DNA of 64,000 nt from positions 453,062 to 517,061 of the forward strand of contig CP066698.1 of NCBI GenBank assembly GCA_016432645.1. Reading direction: 5' to 3'. How positions within the stretch are numbered: the stretch's first letter is position 1; each line of letters opens with the position of its first letter. The notes beneath the pieces were generated by a model. That model was not told where the DNA came from. It made no database searches and saw only the letters and a list, made by a program, of their open reading frames with translations. This document shows positions 18,719 to 28,800 of this stretch, piece by piece. The translations under genes and the position numbers were made by a program. This DNA is from Candidatus Falkowbacteria bacterium. GTDB lineage: Bacteria > Patescibacteriota > Patescibacteriia > Patescibacteriales > UBA12465.

Positions 18719-21700
18719 TTATTCAATAACGAAACCGGCTTTTTCTGTCTGGTCAAGCGACTTTGTCGGCCAGTTTCTCCAATCAATACGGCGTCCAGAT
18801 AAGCGATAGGAAATTGTGGTCGGTCTATCGGCGCGGAAAATAATTTTATTGCCCTCTATCTTATAATATACTTGGGCAAAATTACCATAAGGAGTAGCAA
18901 CAACTTCAACATTCTCGCTTGAAAAATCAACCGTCTTTCTCCAGACCCAAAGATCGCTGCCAGCAGCTAAAGTATTAAAATCAATAACATATTCTCGTTC
19001 ACCATCAGCGGTCAAATTATTAATTTTTACCCGACCAAGATATTCTTCTTTAACGCCGCCAGCAATAGATGAGGCAAAGGTGGAATAATTTATCCCCTGA
19101 ATATTATATAGAGGGTCAATCGTATTAACTGTTAATTTATTGATGTTGGTAATATTATTACCGCCCATATTCAAGTTGCCGCTTAAGCTGCCACCGGTTA
19201 GTGGTAAATAACTGCCGCTGCCGCCAATAAAGCCCGCGGTACTGGTGGAATATAAATTACCATTATTATCAGCCATCACTAGAACTTCCCCGCCGCCGCC
19301 TAGCAAGGAATGGGTCGTGGCTAGGGTGTTGCGGAAAGTACCCGTAACATCAAGCTTAACGGAAGGATTAGTTATACCAATACCGACGTTGCCGCCGTTT
19401 GGATTAAGCAACAAAGAATAACTTAAACTTAAATCTGATTTATTAGTTGCCTGCAACCAAGTTCCGGAAGAACTGCCACCGGTTCCCATGTCCAACACCA
19501 CGTTGCCACTAGTAGCGGCTTCAATTCTTAAAGCGCCATAAGTCTGAGTGGAAGTAGCAATGGTCTGCGGTAATCCATAAGTAACCTGATTGATATCTAA
19601 TTTAGCTCCAGGAGTTGCAAAGCCAATCCCCACATTACCAGAATCGCGTTCAATAGCCATTCTAGTATTAACTGTGGTGCCATTGCCGCTGTTTAAATTA
19701 AAATAATTACTGCTTCCATTATAAAGGACCCTAAATCCGTAAGTTCCGGCAGTGCCAAAGGCGCCAGTTCCTTCCAATAAATCAATTAAAGTAGAAGTTG
19801 AGTTTACCGCGCCTGTTATGCGTATCCCTGCGCCAGTAGCTTCATATAATTCCAATTTACTAATTGGATTTGTCACCCCAATCCCGACATTACCTGCTCC
19901 TGAATCACCGTTCCAAATATTGCCATTTAAAGTTCCTCCCCATAAACTGGTACCGCCGGAAAGCAAAGAAGCGGTGCTAGTTGCATAAAGCGCGCCAGTG
20001 TTATCTGCCATAACCACCACGTTACCTGCCCCGCCTAACAAGGAGTGGGTTGTGGCGAGGGTATTGCGAAGAGTTCCAGAAACGTCTAATTTTGTACCCG
20101 GGCTAGTTTGACCGATACCGACATTGCCAGCCGAATTTATAACCATACGAGCCGATGCCGCAACAGCGCCGTTTGTATTATCCCAAAAAGTCAAGGTGCC
20201 GGCACCAGGATAATCTCCAGTTCCAGTTGATATAATAGAAAATTCTCTACCACCAGTATCAGTAGATTCTAATGTAATACCCGTCCCAGCTGGATCACTA
20301 GAAATAACACGTAATTGATTAGTATAGTTACCGCCACTGATATCAAGTTTATGAACAGGACTTGTCGTTCCAATTCCGACATTTCCGGAAGACTTAAACG
20401 TAACCAAATCTCCAGTTCCTAATCCCCCAGTAGTATTATTAACATAGGATAATTTAAAATCATTGCTTGTATTATCTCGACCCAGAGTCCAAGTTTCTGC
20501 TCCATTGTTTGATTTAACAAATCTAATATCACTATCATCGCCCAAAGCGCTAGTTGAATTTATTTTTAAAGTTGCGGTACTAGTACTAGACAAATGTAAC
20601 AAAGCTGTCGGACTAGTAGTCCCCATGCCGATATTACCACTATTTATTATTCTCATTCTTTCATTATGATTACCAGTTTCTCCAGTCAAAAAACCGATGT
20701 ATGAATTAGTATCTGAAGTAGAGAGACTATAACCAATAATTTGAGCCGTACTTGCTCCCCAATTTATTGTACCTCCGCTGTTGACTAAGTAACTGTTAGC
20801 TCTAAAGGCGCCGTCAACATACAAACCTTCCGCTCCCATCCAAGATGGATAGGCGGTATCACCAATCACAACGCCGTTAGTACCGCTGGTTACAATCTGT
20901 AATTTAGTTGAAGGCGTTGTTGTTCCAATACCAACATTTCCTGCTCCTGCGTCACCATTATATATTGTTCCATTTAAAGTTCCTCCCCATAAACTGGTGC
21001 CGCCAGAAAGTAAAGAAGCTGTACTTGTCGCATAAAGCGCCCCGGTGTTATCTGCCATAACCACCACGTTGCCCGCACCGCCGAGCAAAGAGTGGGTTGT
21101 AGCGAGGGTGTTACGAAGGGCGCCAATAACATCTAATTTCACTGCTGGACTTGTCGTTCCGATACCAAGATTGCCATTTGTTAGAATCGACATACCGGTC
21201 CATAATCCAGTATTTATATAACTAGAGGCAGCGCTAGTTTTATAACCTATATCAAGTCTGTAGCTGCTACTAACTCCTCTGGCACCAAATATCCAATGCC
21301 TATTATCACCTGAATTAACAACATTAGTTAATACTAATGCAGATGCGTCATTACCAGCATCACTAGACACAATTTGCAGGCTTGACTCTGCGTCTTCTAT
21401 AGTAAGTACGCTACCAGTATCATAATGAGTGCCACTAACCAAACTACGAGCTGTATGTAATTTCGCTGCAGGATTTGTCGTCCCAATCCCGACATTGCCA
21501 ACGCTATTAATAACAAATTCATCAGTAAATGTATTTGCGGCGCCAATATCGCCACCGCTAGAACGCGCTATTACAAAACTAGTAGAAGAACTATGGGTCA
21601 ACTTTGGTGCCGAACCGCTCTTTTTTGTATACCCCAATCTTGGCGGATTATTAGTATCCATGCCAAAAAAAGTATCATCCGTGTTACCAAGAATGCTGCC

Positions 21701-23791
21701 GGCCACATTTAGTTTTGCTCCTGGATTCGTCGTACCGATTCCGACGTTACCGCCAGAATTAATAGTTATACTAGGAGTATCGCTATTATTTGAACTAAAA
21801 TTTAAGCTATCGCTAGATCCGGATTTGATAATTGGCGTATCGGCGGCAATAGTTTTTATTTCGATTGAACCTATGTCGGTATTATTTCTAAAAAAAGCTA
21901 AACTAGACGAACTAGTAGTATCATAAACATGAAGTCTAGCCGAAGGAGCCGTCGTCCCAATTCCCACATTCCCCACTCCCGCATCACCATTCCAAATATT
22001 AGAATTCTTGGTACCGCCCCAGAAATTGGTGCCACCACTAAAACCGGCCGTACTAGTTGCATAAAGGGCGCCAGTATTATCAGCCATAACAAGAACGTTG
22101 CCTGCGCCACCGAGCAAAGAATGAGTAGTAGCTAAAGTATTCAATGAAGTTCCAGAGACATATAATTTTGTATTAGGATTGGTAATGCCAATGCCGACAT
22201 TACCATTAACATACAAATCGGCTGTACTGCCAGACAGAGAATCAGTTGTTCCAATGCCGACTTTTTTATTAAACGAGAAATTACCCCAGCCATCAAAAAT
22301 TAAAGCACCGGGTTGAGAATTATCACTTCTAGTAGCACTAATTATAGTGGTTGTCGAATTCCCCTGAAAATTTAATAAACCATTTGAAAAGTCTGTTCCA
22401 ATTCCGACATTGCCGCCTAATACTTCCAACTTATTTGTCGGGGCTGTCGTCCCAATTCCCACATTACCTCCCGATGTTAAAGCCATCACTTGAGTGGCCT
22501 GAACGAAATGTAGTGCCGTACCAGTACTAGCGCCAGTTTTTTTATGCATTATATGATACCAGCTAGCATTCCCATCGTTACCGGCACGCATAGTTAAGCC
22601 AGCAAAACTTCCAGTGGTATTATCAGGATTCTCTAGATGCAATGTTCTATCAGCATCGCCAGGAGAACTTTGGGCACTATTATTATAAGAAGCGATTACC
22701 GATAAACCAAGCGTTGAACGACCCCAATTAGCGCCAATGGTGGAATTTCCGCTAACGCTTAATTTGGCACCCGGGTTTGTCACGCCAATCCCCACATTAC
22801 CATCCTTCCTAATAACCATTTTGGCATCACTAGTAGAGGCGTTGCCTGCGTCAGCGGCATTATCCAAGGCAAAGACAAAATCTCCACGACCCCAATCCGA
22901 ACCATCTCCTTTAAAGAATAGCGCACCTTTGGCATATTCGTCAGTCGTTACTCCAGAATCACCAATACTAAACTGTATGCCAGCACTTTGAGAAAGAGTG
23001 TCGGCGCCGTTGTTTCTTACTTGCAGTTGTGTGCCATCAACTGCCTGATTAATATCTAATTTTCTAAAAGGATTAGTCGTTCCTAAACCAATATTATAAC
23101 CGTAATTAGCATTCCAAATTTTTCCAGTTGTGGTTCCACCCCAAAGGTCGGAACCGCCGCCCAAAAATCCCGCCGTGCTGGTCGCGTAAAGCGTACCAGT
23201 GTTATCAGCCATCACTAAAACATTGCCGCCACCGCCAAGCAAGGAATGAGTAGTGGCAAGAGTATTACGTAAAGAACCGGCAACATCCAAGGCAGTCGTA
23301 GGGTTAGTTAAACCAATGCCCAATCTTTTATTTTGAATTCCGCCCGCCCCATTCGATTCCGAATACGCGGTCATAATATTGTCGCCGTCAACTTTAAAGG
23401 CATAGCCCTCAGGTGTTCCGGAAGCCGCTCCGGAAGTCACTGGCATATCGACAAAAGACACTAAACCAGAATCCGGACTAAATTCAAAACTACCGATATT
23501 TAAAGGTGCGCCGACTTCAATTTGATTACTGGCATTAACCTTAAACATGTTAACCACGCCCGTCCCGGCCGCATTTTGTGCGGAAATCCAACCATTATTT
23601 AAAATTTGTAAAAGCGTGGTCGGATTAGTGATACCAATACCGACATTACCGCTTGTACCGTTAACGGTAAAATAAGATTGGCTTGGAGAAGCGGCATTAA
23701 AAATATTAAAATTCTTAGCAGAAGCAGCCGAAAAAGACAGCAAAAAGCCGATGGTAACGGTCAATATTATTTTGTAATTTCGCTGTCTCAT
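18719..23791 (-). CDS. Giant surface fibre protein (~1690 aa), GNVGIGT-repeat family
   Basis: Start moved to MRQRNYKIILTV (ATG 23789-23791, AAGGA RBS), giving a signal peptide. It has five RNTLATTHSLLGG(A/G)GNV.VMADNTG.LY.TSTA cassettes and many GNVGIGTTNP..KL motifs, plus a distinct C-terminal domain. Confidence 0.8.
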   Translation of the reverse strand: MRQRNYKIILTVTIGFLLSFSAASAKNFNIFNAASPSQSYFTVNGTSGNVGIGITNPTTLLQILNNGWISAQNAAGTGVVNMFKVNASNQIEVGAPLNIGSFEFSPDSGLVSFVDMPVTSGAASGTPEGYAFKVDGDNIMTAYSESNGAGGIQNKRLGIGLTNPTTALDVAGSLRNTLATTHSLLGGGGNVLVMADNTGTLYATSTAGFLGGGSDLWGGTTTGKIWNANYGYNIGLGTTNPFRKLDINQAVDGTQLQVRNNGADTLSQSAGIQFSIGDSGVTTDEYAKGALFFKGDGSDWGRGDFVFALDNAADAGNASTSDAKMVIRKDGNVGIGVTNPGAKLSVSGNSTIGANWGRSTLGLSVIASYNNSAQSSPGDADRTLHLENPDNTTGSFAGLTMRAGNDGNASWYHIMHKKTGASTGTALHFVQATQVMALTSGGNVGIGTTAPTNKLEVLGGNVGIGTDFSNGLLNFQGNSTTTIISATRSDNSQPGALIFDGWGNFSFNKKVGIGTTDSLSGSTADLYVNGNVGIGITNPNTKLYVSGTSLNTLATTHSLLGGAGNVLVMADNTGALYATSTAGFSGGTNFWGGTKNSNIWNGDAGVGNVGIGTTAPSARLHVYDTTSSSSLAFFRNNTDIGSIEIKTIAADTPIIKSGSSDSLNFSSNNSDTPSITINSGGNVGIGTTNPGAKLNVAGSILGNTDDTFFGMDTNNPPRLGYTKKSGSAPKLTHSSSTSFVIARSSGGDIGAANTFTDEFVINSVGNVGIGTTNPAAKLHTARSLVSGTHYDTGSVLTIEDAESSLQIVSSDAGNDASALVLTNVVNSGDNRHWIFGARGVSSSYRLDIGYKTSAASSYINTGLWTGMSILTNGNLGIGTTSPAVKLDVIGALRNTLATTHSLLGGAGNVVVMADNTGALYATSTASLLSGGTSLWGGTLNGTIYNGDAGAGNVGIGTTTPSTKLQIVTSGTNGVVIGDTAYPSWMGAEGLYVDGAFRANSYLVNSGGTINWGASTAQIIGYSLSTSDTNSYIGFLTGETGNHNERMRIINSGNIGMGTTSPTALLHLSSTSTATLKINSTSALGDDSDIRFVKSNNGAETWTLGRDNTSNDFKLSYVNNTTGGLGTGDLVTFKSSGNVGIGTTSPVHKLDISGGNYTNQLRVISSDPAGTGITLESTDTGGREFSIISTGTGDYPGAGTLTFWDNTNGAVAASARMVINSAGNVGIGQTSPGTKLDVSGTLRNTLATTHSLLGGAGNVVVMADNTGALYATSTASLLSGGTSLWGGTLNGNIWNGDSGAGNVGIGVTNPISKLELYEATGAGIRITGAVNSTSTLIDLLEGTGAFGTAGTYGFRVLYNGSSNYFNLNSGNGTTVNTRMAIERDSGNVGIGFATPGAKLDINQVTYGLPQTIATSTQTYGALRIEAATSGNVVLDMGTGGSSSGTWLQATNKSDLSLSYSLLLNPNGGNVGIGITNPSVKLDVTGTFRNTLATTHSLLGGGGEVLVMADNNGNLYSTSTAGFIGGSGSYLPLTGGSLSGNLNMGGNNITNINKLTVNTIDPLYNIQGINYSTFASSIAGGVKEEYLGRVKINNLTADGEREYVIDFNTLAAGSDLWVWRKTVDFSSENVEVVATPYGNFAQVYYKIEGNKIIFRADRPTTISYRLSGRRIDWRNWPTKSLDQTEKAGFVIE

Positions 23792-23812
23792 GTGAACTTT
23801 TATTTTCCTTTT

Positions 23813-23823
23813 ATTATAGCACA
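23813..23823 (-). promoter_or_regulatory. Possible internal promoter TGTGCTATAAT
   Basis: The reverse complement reads TGTGCTATAAT, between the LamG stop (23828) and the ATG at 23791. Confidence 0.35.
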
Positions 23824-23827
23824 ATTT

Positions 23828-25876
23828 TTATCTTCCCTTCTCATAAAGGCTGGTGACTTCCGCTGCCGATAGGGCGCGATTATATATTTTCAAATTGGAA
23901 ACCGAGCCATTAAAATAATAAGTACCAGCCTGAGTGCGACCAACATTGAAATCGGCTAAAAAATTATACGCGGTATAGGCTTTTTGATGATTATATACGC
24001 CATTAATATACATATTGGCATAAACACCATCCATAGTCACAACCACATGCGTCCAATTAGTGGTCGCGTCCGTCGGTCCCGCCCCCCAAGCACTATTTTG
24101 TATCCCCATCTCCCAGTCGCCACCTTGAACCCCAAAATATAATCTGGGACTATAGCTAGCAGAAAAAAACATCGCATCCGTCAGTACATTCGGCTTAACC
24201 CACATGGAGAAACTTATCGGCGTTACCGAGGGGTCAATTCCGGCGCCATAAGGAATACTAACCCAATTAGCAGAACCGCTAAAACTTGCTCCCTCGCTGG
24301 AAATAGTGGCACTATTATTTTGGCCGTCGCGAGAATACGGAGTCTTATCGGTCATAATTTGCGAACCGGCAGTTTCGCTTTTAGTCCAATCAGTGGTAAG
24401 CGGCATATCAATAATTAATCCCTGTTGTAAAGAATCGGCCATAATTTTCGGGCGATAGGCGCTATAAAGAGTCTGAATTTCTGCCTCCGATAAGGCTCGA
24501 TTATAAATTCGGACATCTGACATTAAACCGTCTATCGGTGAAGTATAGCCATCGCCAATGGAAAGATTATTAGTCGAAGCAACCGCCGCTCCGTAAGAAG
24601 GGGTGGAGGTTGATACCGGAGCTCCATTAAAATACCAAACTATGCGGTTATTAGTTAAATCGCGAACAAGAGCGACATGTGTCCATTGATTTGTTATTAA
24701 CCCCGCTCCTGAATTTACACTAGTATACGGCGTCGTATTACCACCGCCGGTTCCCCAATAATAATTAAAGGCGCCGCTAGTCTCTAAAGTGATAGTCCCC
24801 TCACCGCCATACGCTTTGTCAATTGGATTCCGTCTTGAGCCAAAACTTCTTGGATATATCCAAAAAGCATAAGTCTGATTACCGGTTATTTTTAAACTAT
24901 TGTTATTTCCACAATTGAGATAGCTAGTCGAACCATTAAAATCCATGGCCCCATTGGCCTGCCCCGTTCTATCGGCCGTTAAAGTTGCGCCATTATTTGT
25001 ACAGTGATTTTCATAAGGAGTCTTATCGCTAACGCGCCCGGTCGTTGCATTATAATTATTAGCATCAAGCGGCCAATAGCCGACCAATCCGGCTTGCAAA
25101 GAGCTTCCGCCGAGGGCACGCGGACGATAAAGAGCCTGAACTTCTCCTAATGATAAGTCGCGATTATAAATTCTAACTTTAGAAATAAGCCCCGTGAATC
25201 TATTTCCAGTGCCGGCGAAAACCGTTCTTTGCGCATTCGGAACCCAAGTGCCATCAGTTATTGTGTTGGAAGAATAAAGAACCCCATTAATAAAAACGTT
25301 CAATTTATCAGTCGTATTATTAAAAGTAACAACCACAAAACTCCACTTATTATTTTCTAAAATTGGATAAGATGAGGCTAAATAACCACCAACGGGATCT
25401 TGAACGACAATTTGTAAACCATTATTAGCGCTTCGGCCTCTTATAAAAATGTGCTTTCTAGTATCATCATAATCATCAAAAATTGCCTTCATATCTTGGG
25501 CGGAAAAATCACCATAGACCCAGATGGCAATACTGCCAGCAGTCTGCGGAAAACTGGTATTATATAAAGAAGAGACGTTAACATAATTATTGGCCGTAAA
25601 GCTGGTAGCACCATTACTCTGGTCATAATTATCCGCCGCAAAACTGGCCGCCACTAGAGCAATGCCGTTATTTCCTAATCCGCTGGCGTCAGCAAAAGTC
25701 TTAGTGCCGCTAGTATAGTTGCTTTGAGCTAAACTCATATCCAAAACCAAACCATCGTTAACATCTCGAAAAATACTCCCACCAAATATCGTAATACCTG
25801 AAGCATTAGCAACAAAAGCAGCGGCAGCTGTCAGCAGAATAACACTCAAAGTAATTGTATATTTCCTGCTTATCAT
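23828..25876 (-). CDS. Secreted triple LamG (concanavalin-A-like lectin, Laminin_G_3-type) protein
   Basis: It has a signal peptide and three domain ends: VRIYNRDLSLGEVQALY, VRIYNRALSEAEIQTLY and LKIYNRALSAAEVTSLY. Its start overlaps the upstream stop (ATGA at 25873-25876). Confidence 0.8.
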   Translation of the reverse strand: MISRKYTITLSVILLTAAAAFVANASGITIFGGSIFRDVNDGLVLDMSLAQSNYTSGTKTFADASGLGNNGIALVAASFAADNYDQSNGATSFTANNYVNVSSLYNTSFPQTAGSIAIWVYGDFSAQDMKAIFDDYDDTRKHIFIRGRSANNGLQIVVQDPVGGYLASSYPILENNKWSFVVVTFNNTTDKLNVFINGVLYSSNTITDGTWVPNAQRTVFAGTGNRFTGLISKVRIYNRDLSLGEVQALYRPRALGGSSLQAGLVGYWPLDANNYNATTGRVSDKTPYENHCTNNGATLTADRTGQANGAMDFNGSTSYLNCGNNNSLKITGNQTYAFWIYPRSFGSRRNPIDKAYGGEGTITLETSGAFNYYWGTGGGNTTPYTSVNSGAGLITNQWTHVALVRDLTNNRIVWYFNGAPVSTSTPSYGAAVASTNNLSIGDGYTSPIDGLMSDVRIYNRALSEAEIQTLYSAYRPKIMADSLQQGLIIDMPLTTDWTKSETAGSQIMTDKTPYSRDGQNNSATISSEGASFSGSANWVSIPYGAGIDPSVTPISFSMWVKPNVLTDAMFFSASYSPRLYFGVQGGDWEMGIQNSAWGAGPTDATTNWTHVVVTMDGVYANMYINGVYNHQKAYTAYNFLADFNVGRTQAGTYYFNGSVSNLKIYNRALSAAEVTSLYEKGR

Positions 25877-28800
25877 ATCCCGATTGAAATATTACCGTCC
25901 GCATCTAAAAGAATGGAACTGGAGCTGGCGGTTGCCTTGAATGTGCCGCTCACATCTAGCTTATATGTCGGATTTGTTGTTCCAATCCCGAAATTACCAT
26001 TAACATCTAAAGTTGCCTTAGTAACATCTCCGACCATAAGTCCTAAAGGCGTGTTGTTCCAAGTACCAACGTTTCCCCACCCTCCCCAAGCCTCAATAGC
26101 CATAGTGGAAGTTCCATCGTTAATGGTAATAGCTGCTCCGCCAGCCTTATAAACAGCAATTTCGGAATTAGGATTTGTTACTCCAATCCCAACATTACCA
26201 CTCGTCGTTTTATAAACATTAGAACCGTTAACCGTCCAACCAGAATTACCGGACAGGAATGAGGCCGTACTAGTTGTATATAGCGCACCAGTATTATCAG
26301 CCATGACCAGAACATTACCGCCGCCGCCAAGCAAGGAATGAGTAGTGGAAAGAGTGTTGCGGAAAGAACCAGTAACATCCAACATGGCTCCAGGATTAGT
26401 AGTTCCAATTCCGACCCAACCAGAATTTTTTACAACTAATCTCTCCCAATTAGATGCGCCAGCCGATCCAACAACCAACAAATTAGAATCATTATTATTA
26501 GAATAATTATATCCTCTAATAACTGCTAACGAATCTCCAGACGCTAGCGCTCCATTTACATCATAAATAAATAAACCAGTGGTAGTCGGAGTAATCCCGG
26601 CGCCGGTATTAACAAATTTATTACCAAAAATAGTACCGTTTACATCTAACCGATAAGCTGGATTAATCGTTCCGATGCCAACATTCCCCGCCTGGGAAAT
26701 GAAAAACTTAGTGTTAGAATCATCAATTTCATTCTTGACACCATACCCGATTCTAAAAGTTTCATCATCGTCCAAGCCAAACATCCAAGCATTCGCGCCG
26801 GTTGTAGAATTAGAGGCTTGAATATAAACTTCGCCGCTATAATTAGGAGCCGAAATATTAAAACTGTTATCATTACCATAAGTGCGGAACAAGGCCGATG
26901 TTTCGTTAGAACTAGCAATCTCTAATTTGGCTGCCGGAGTCGTGGTGCCAATCCCGACGTTGCCATTTATATCCGTCTTATAAACATTAGAGCCATTGAC
27001 CGTCCAGCCGGAATTTCCCGACAAGAAAGAGGTGGTACTGGTTGTATATAGCGCCCCCGTATTATCAGACATAACCAAAACATTTCCTCCACCACCTAAT
27101 AACGAATGAGTGGTCGCGAGCGTATTGCGGAAAGTACCAGAGACATCTAAAGCAGTCGCTGGGGCAGTAGTTCCAATACCGACATTGCCGGCGCCGGATT
27201 CGGACGCAAAGGCATATTTATTGGTTATCGTCCCTTCGGGAGCCGGAACATAAATTGCATACCCGTTAGTCATCGTCCCATAATTATTGATGATTTTCGG
27301 AGTAAGAGCATAAGCGGTTGGATACTTATAATCAGTTACATAAACGCTGTCCATTGGATTAACGGCAAAACTATTTAACTGTCGGCCTTCAGTAAGTTGA
27401 CAACCGGTAATATCCCAAGTCCCTAAAATATCAAAACCGCGAACTCGCATATCAACATTTGGTCTGTCGCCGGTATTAAAATAATAACTTTCCCGATGCC
27501 AAGCACCATCGTTAGCGTAAGTAAAATTATTAGAATCAGCGTCACTTCTGCTAGTCCAATCAGCATAGTATCTTTCGGCGTGAAAACGACCATCAACCGT
27601 GTCGGTGGTTCTAAAATAACAAGAGAAATTATAATCCGTATTTAATTTCAAATTAACTATTCTGAAACCAAGTGGCCAGCCATCACCTGTGCCTAATGTG
27701 GTTATAGTATAGGTAACTTTTTTATGAGATTGAACTGGCGCGGTCACATCATCAGCTAACGTTCTGCTATAAACCAAGCCGGCGTAACCACCAGCTGCCT
27801 GCCAGTAATTTTCACCAAAAGATAAATCGGCATTTCTAACTAAATTAACACCGGCAGTAGTAAATATGCCAGAGGAAGTTGGGTCACTAGTCGAATAAAG
27901 CGCCCCGGTATTATCAGCGGCTACTAAAACATTCCCCGCTCCACCCAAAAGCGAATGGGTTGTGGCGAGGGTATTTAACGAAGTACCGGCGACATATAGT
28001 TTTGCAGTTGGGTTGGTTATGCCAATACCGACGTTGCCATTGTTATTTATAGTCATTGCTTGTGTAATTGCTCCTTGAGATGAGGCTGTGTTCGTATAAA
28101 AATCTAAATATGTATCATAACCGCCGCCTCTTCTAAAAGCAATTGCTGCGCCGCCACCGCTGATAGCTTGATAAGTAATAGCGTCTTGAGAATGTGACCC
28201 AGAACCATTAATTCTTATGCCCCCGCCACCATAAGCACTAATATTAGTTTGGGCGGTTGAGGTGGCGACGGAGGTGCCAGAAATCGTAAATTTCTGCTGG
28301 GGATTTGTCTCACCTATCCCAACATTACCACTTGGGCCATTGATAAATAAACGAGTCGTGGTGCTTGTTTCAAAATAAATATGGTCGCTACCGGAAGTTC
28401 TTCGGGTTCTAAATACTAAAGGATTTTCTATCCCATCAATATAGCTATAATTAACATCGGAAGAGATTCTAAGGCCATCACCCGGAGTACCAACATAAAC
28501 ATCACCGTTGACGCTAAATTTACCCATAGTTGTATTAGTCGTCCCAATTCCGACATTCCCAGCCCCCGCATCGCCGTTATAAATACTGCCGTTTTTGGTC
28601 CCCTCCCATAAATCAAGACTGTTGCCGCTGATAAATGAAGCAGTGGTCGTTGTATATAAAGTGCCAGTATTATCAGCCATCACGAGAACGTTCCCCGCGC
28701 CACCTAATAAGGAATGAGTGGTCGCCAAGGTGTTTCGGAGAGTTCCGGAGACGTCTAACTTGGTGGTGGGGTTGGTCAAGCCAATGCCGACGTTGCCAGC

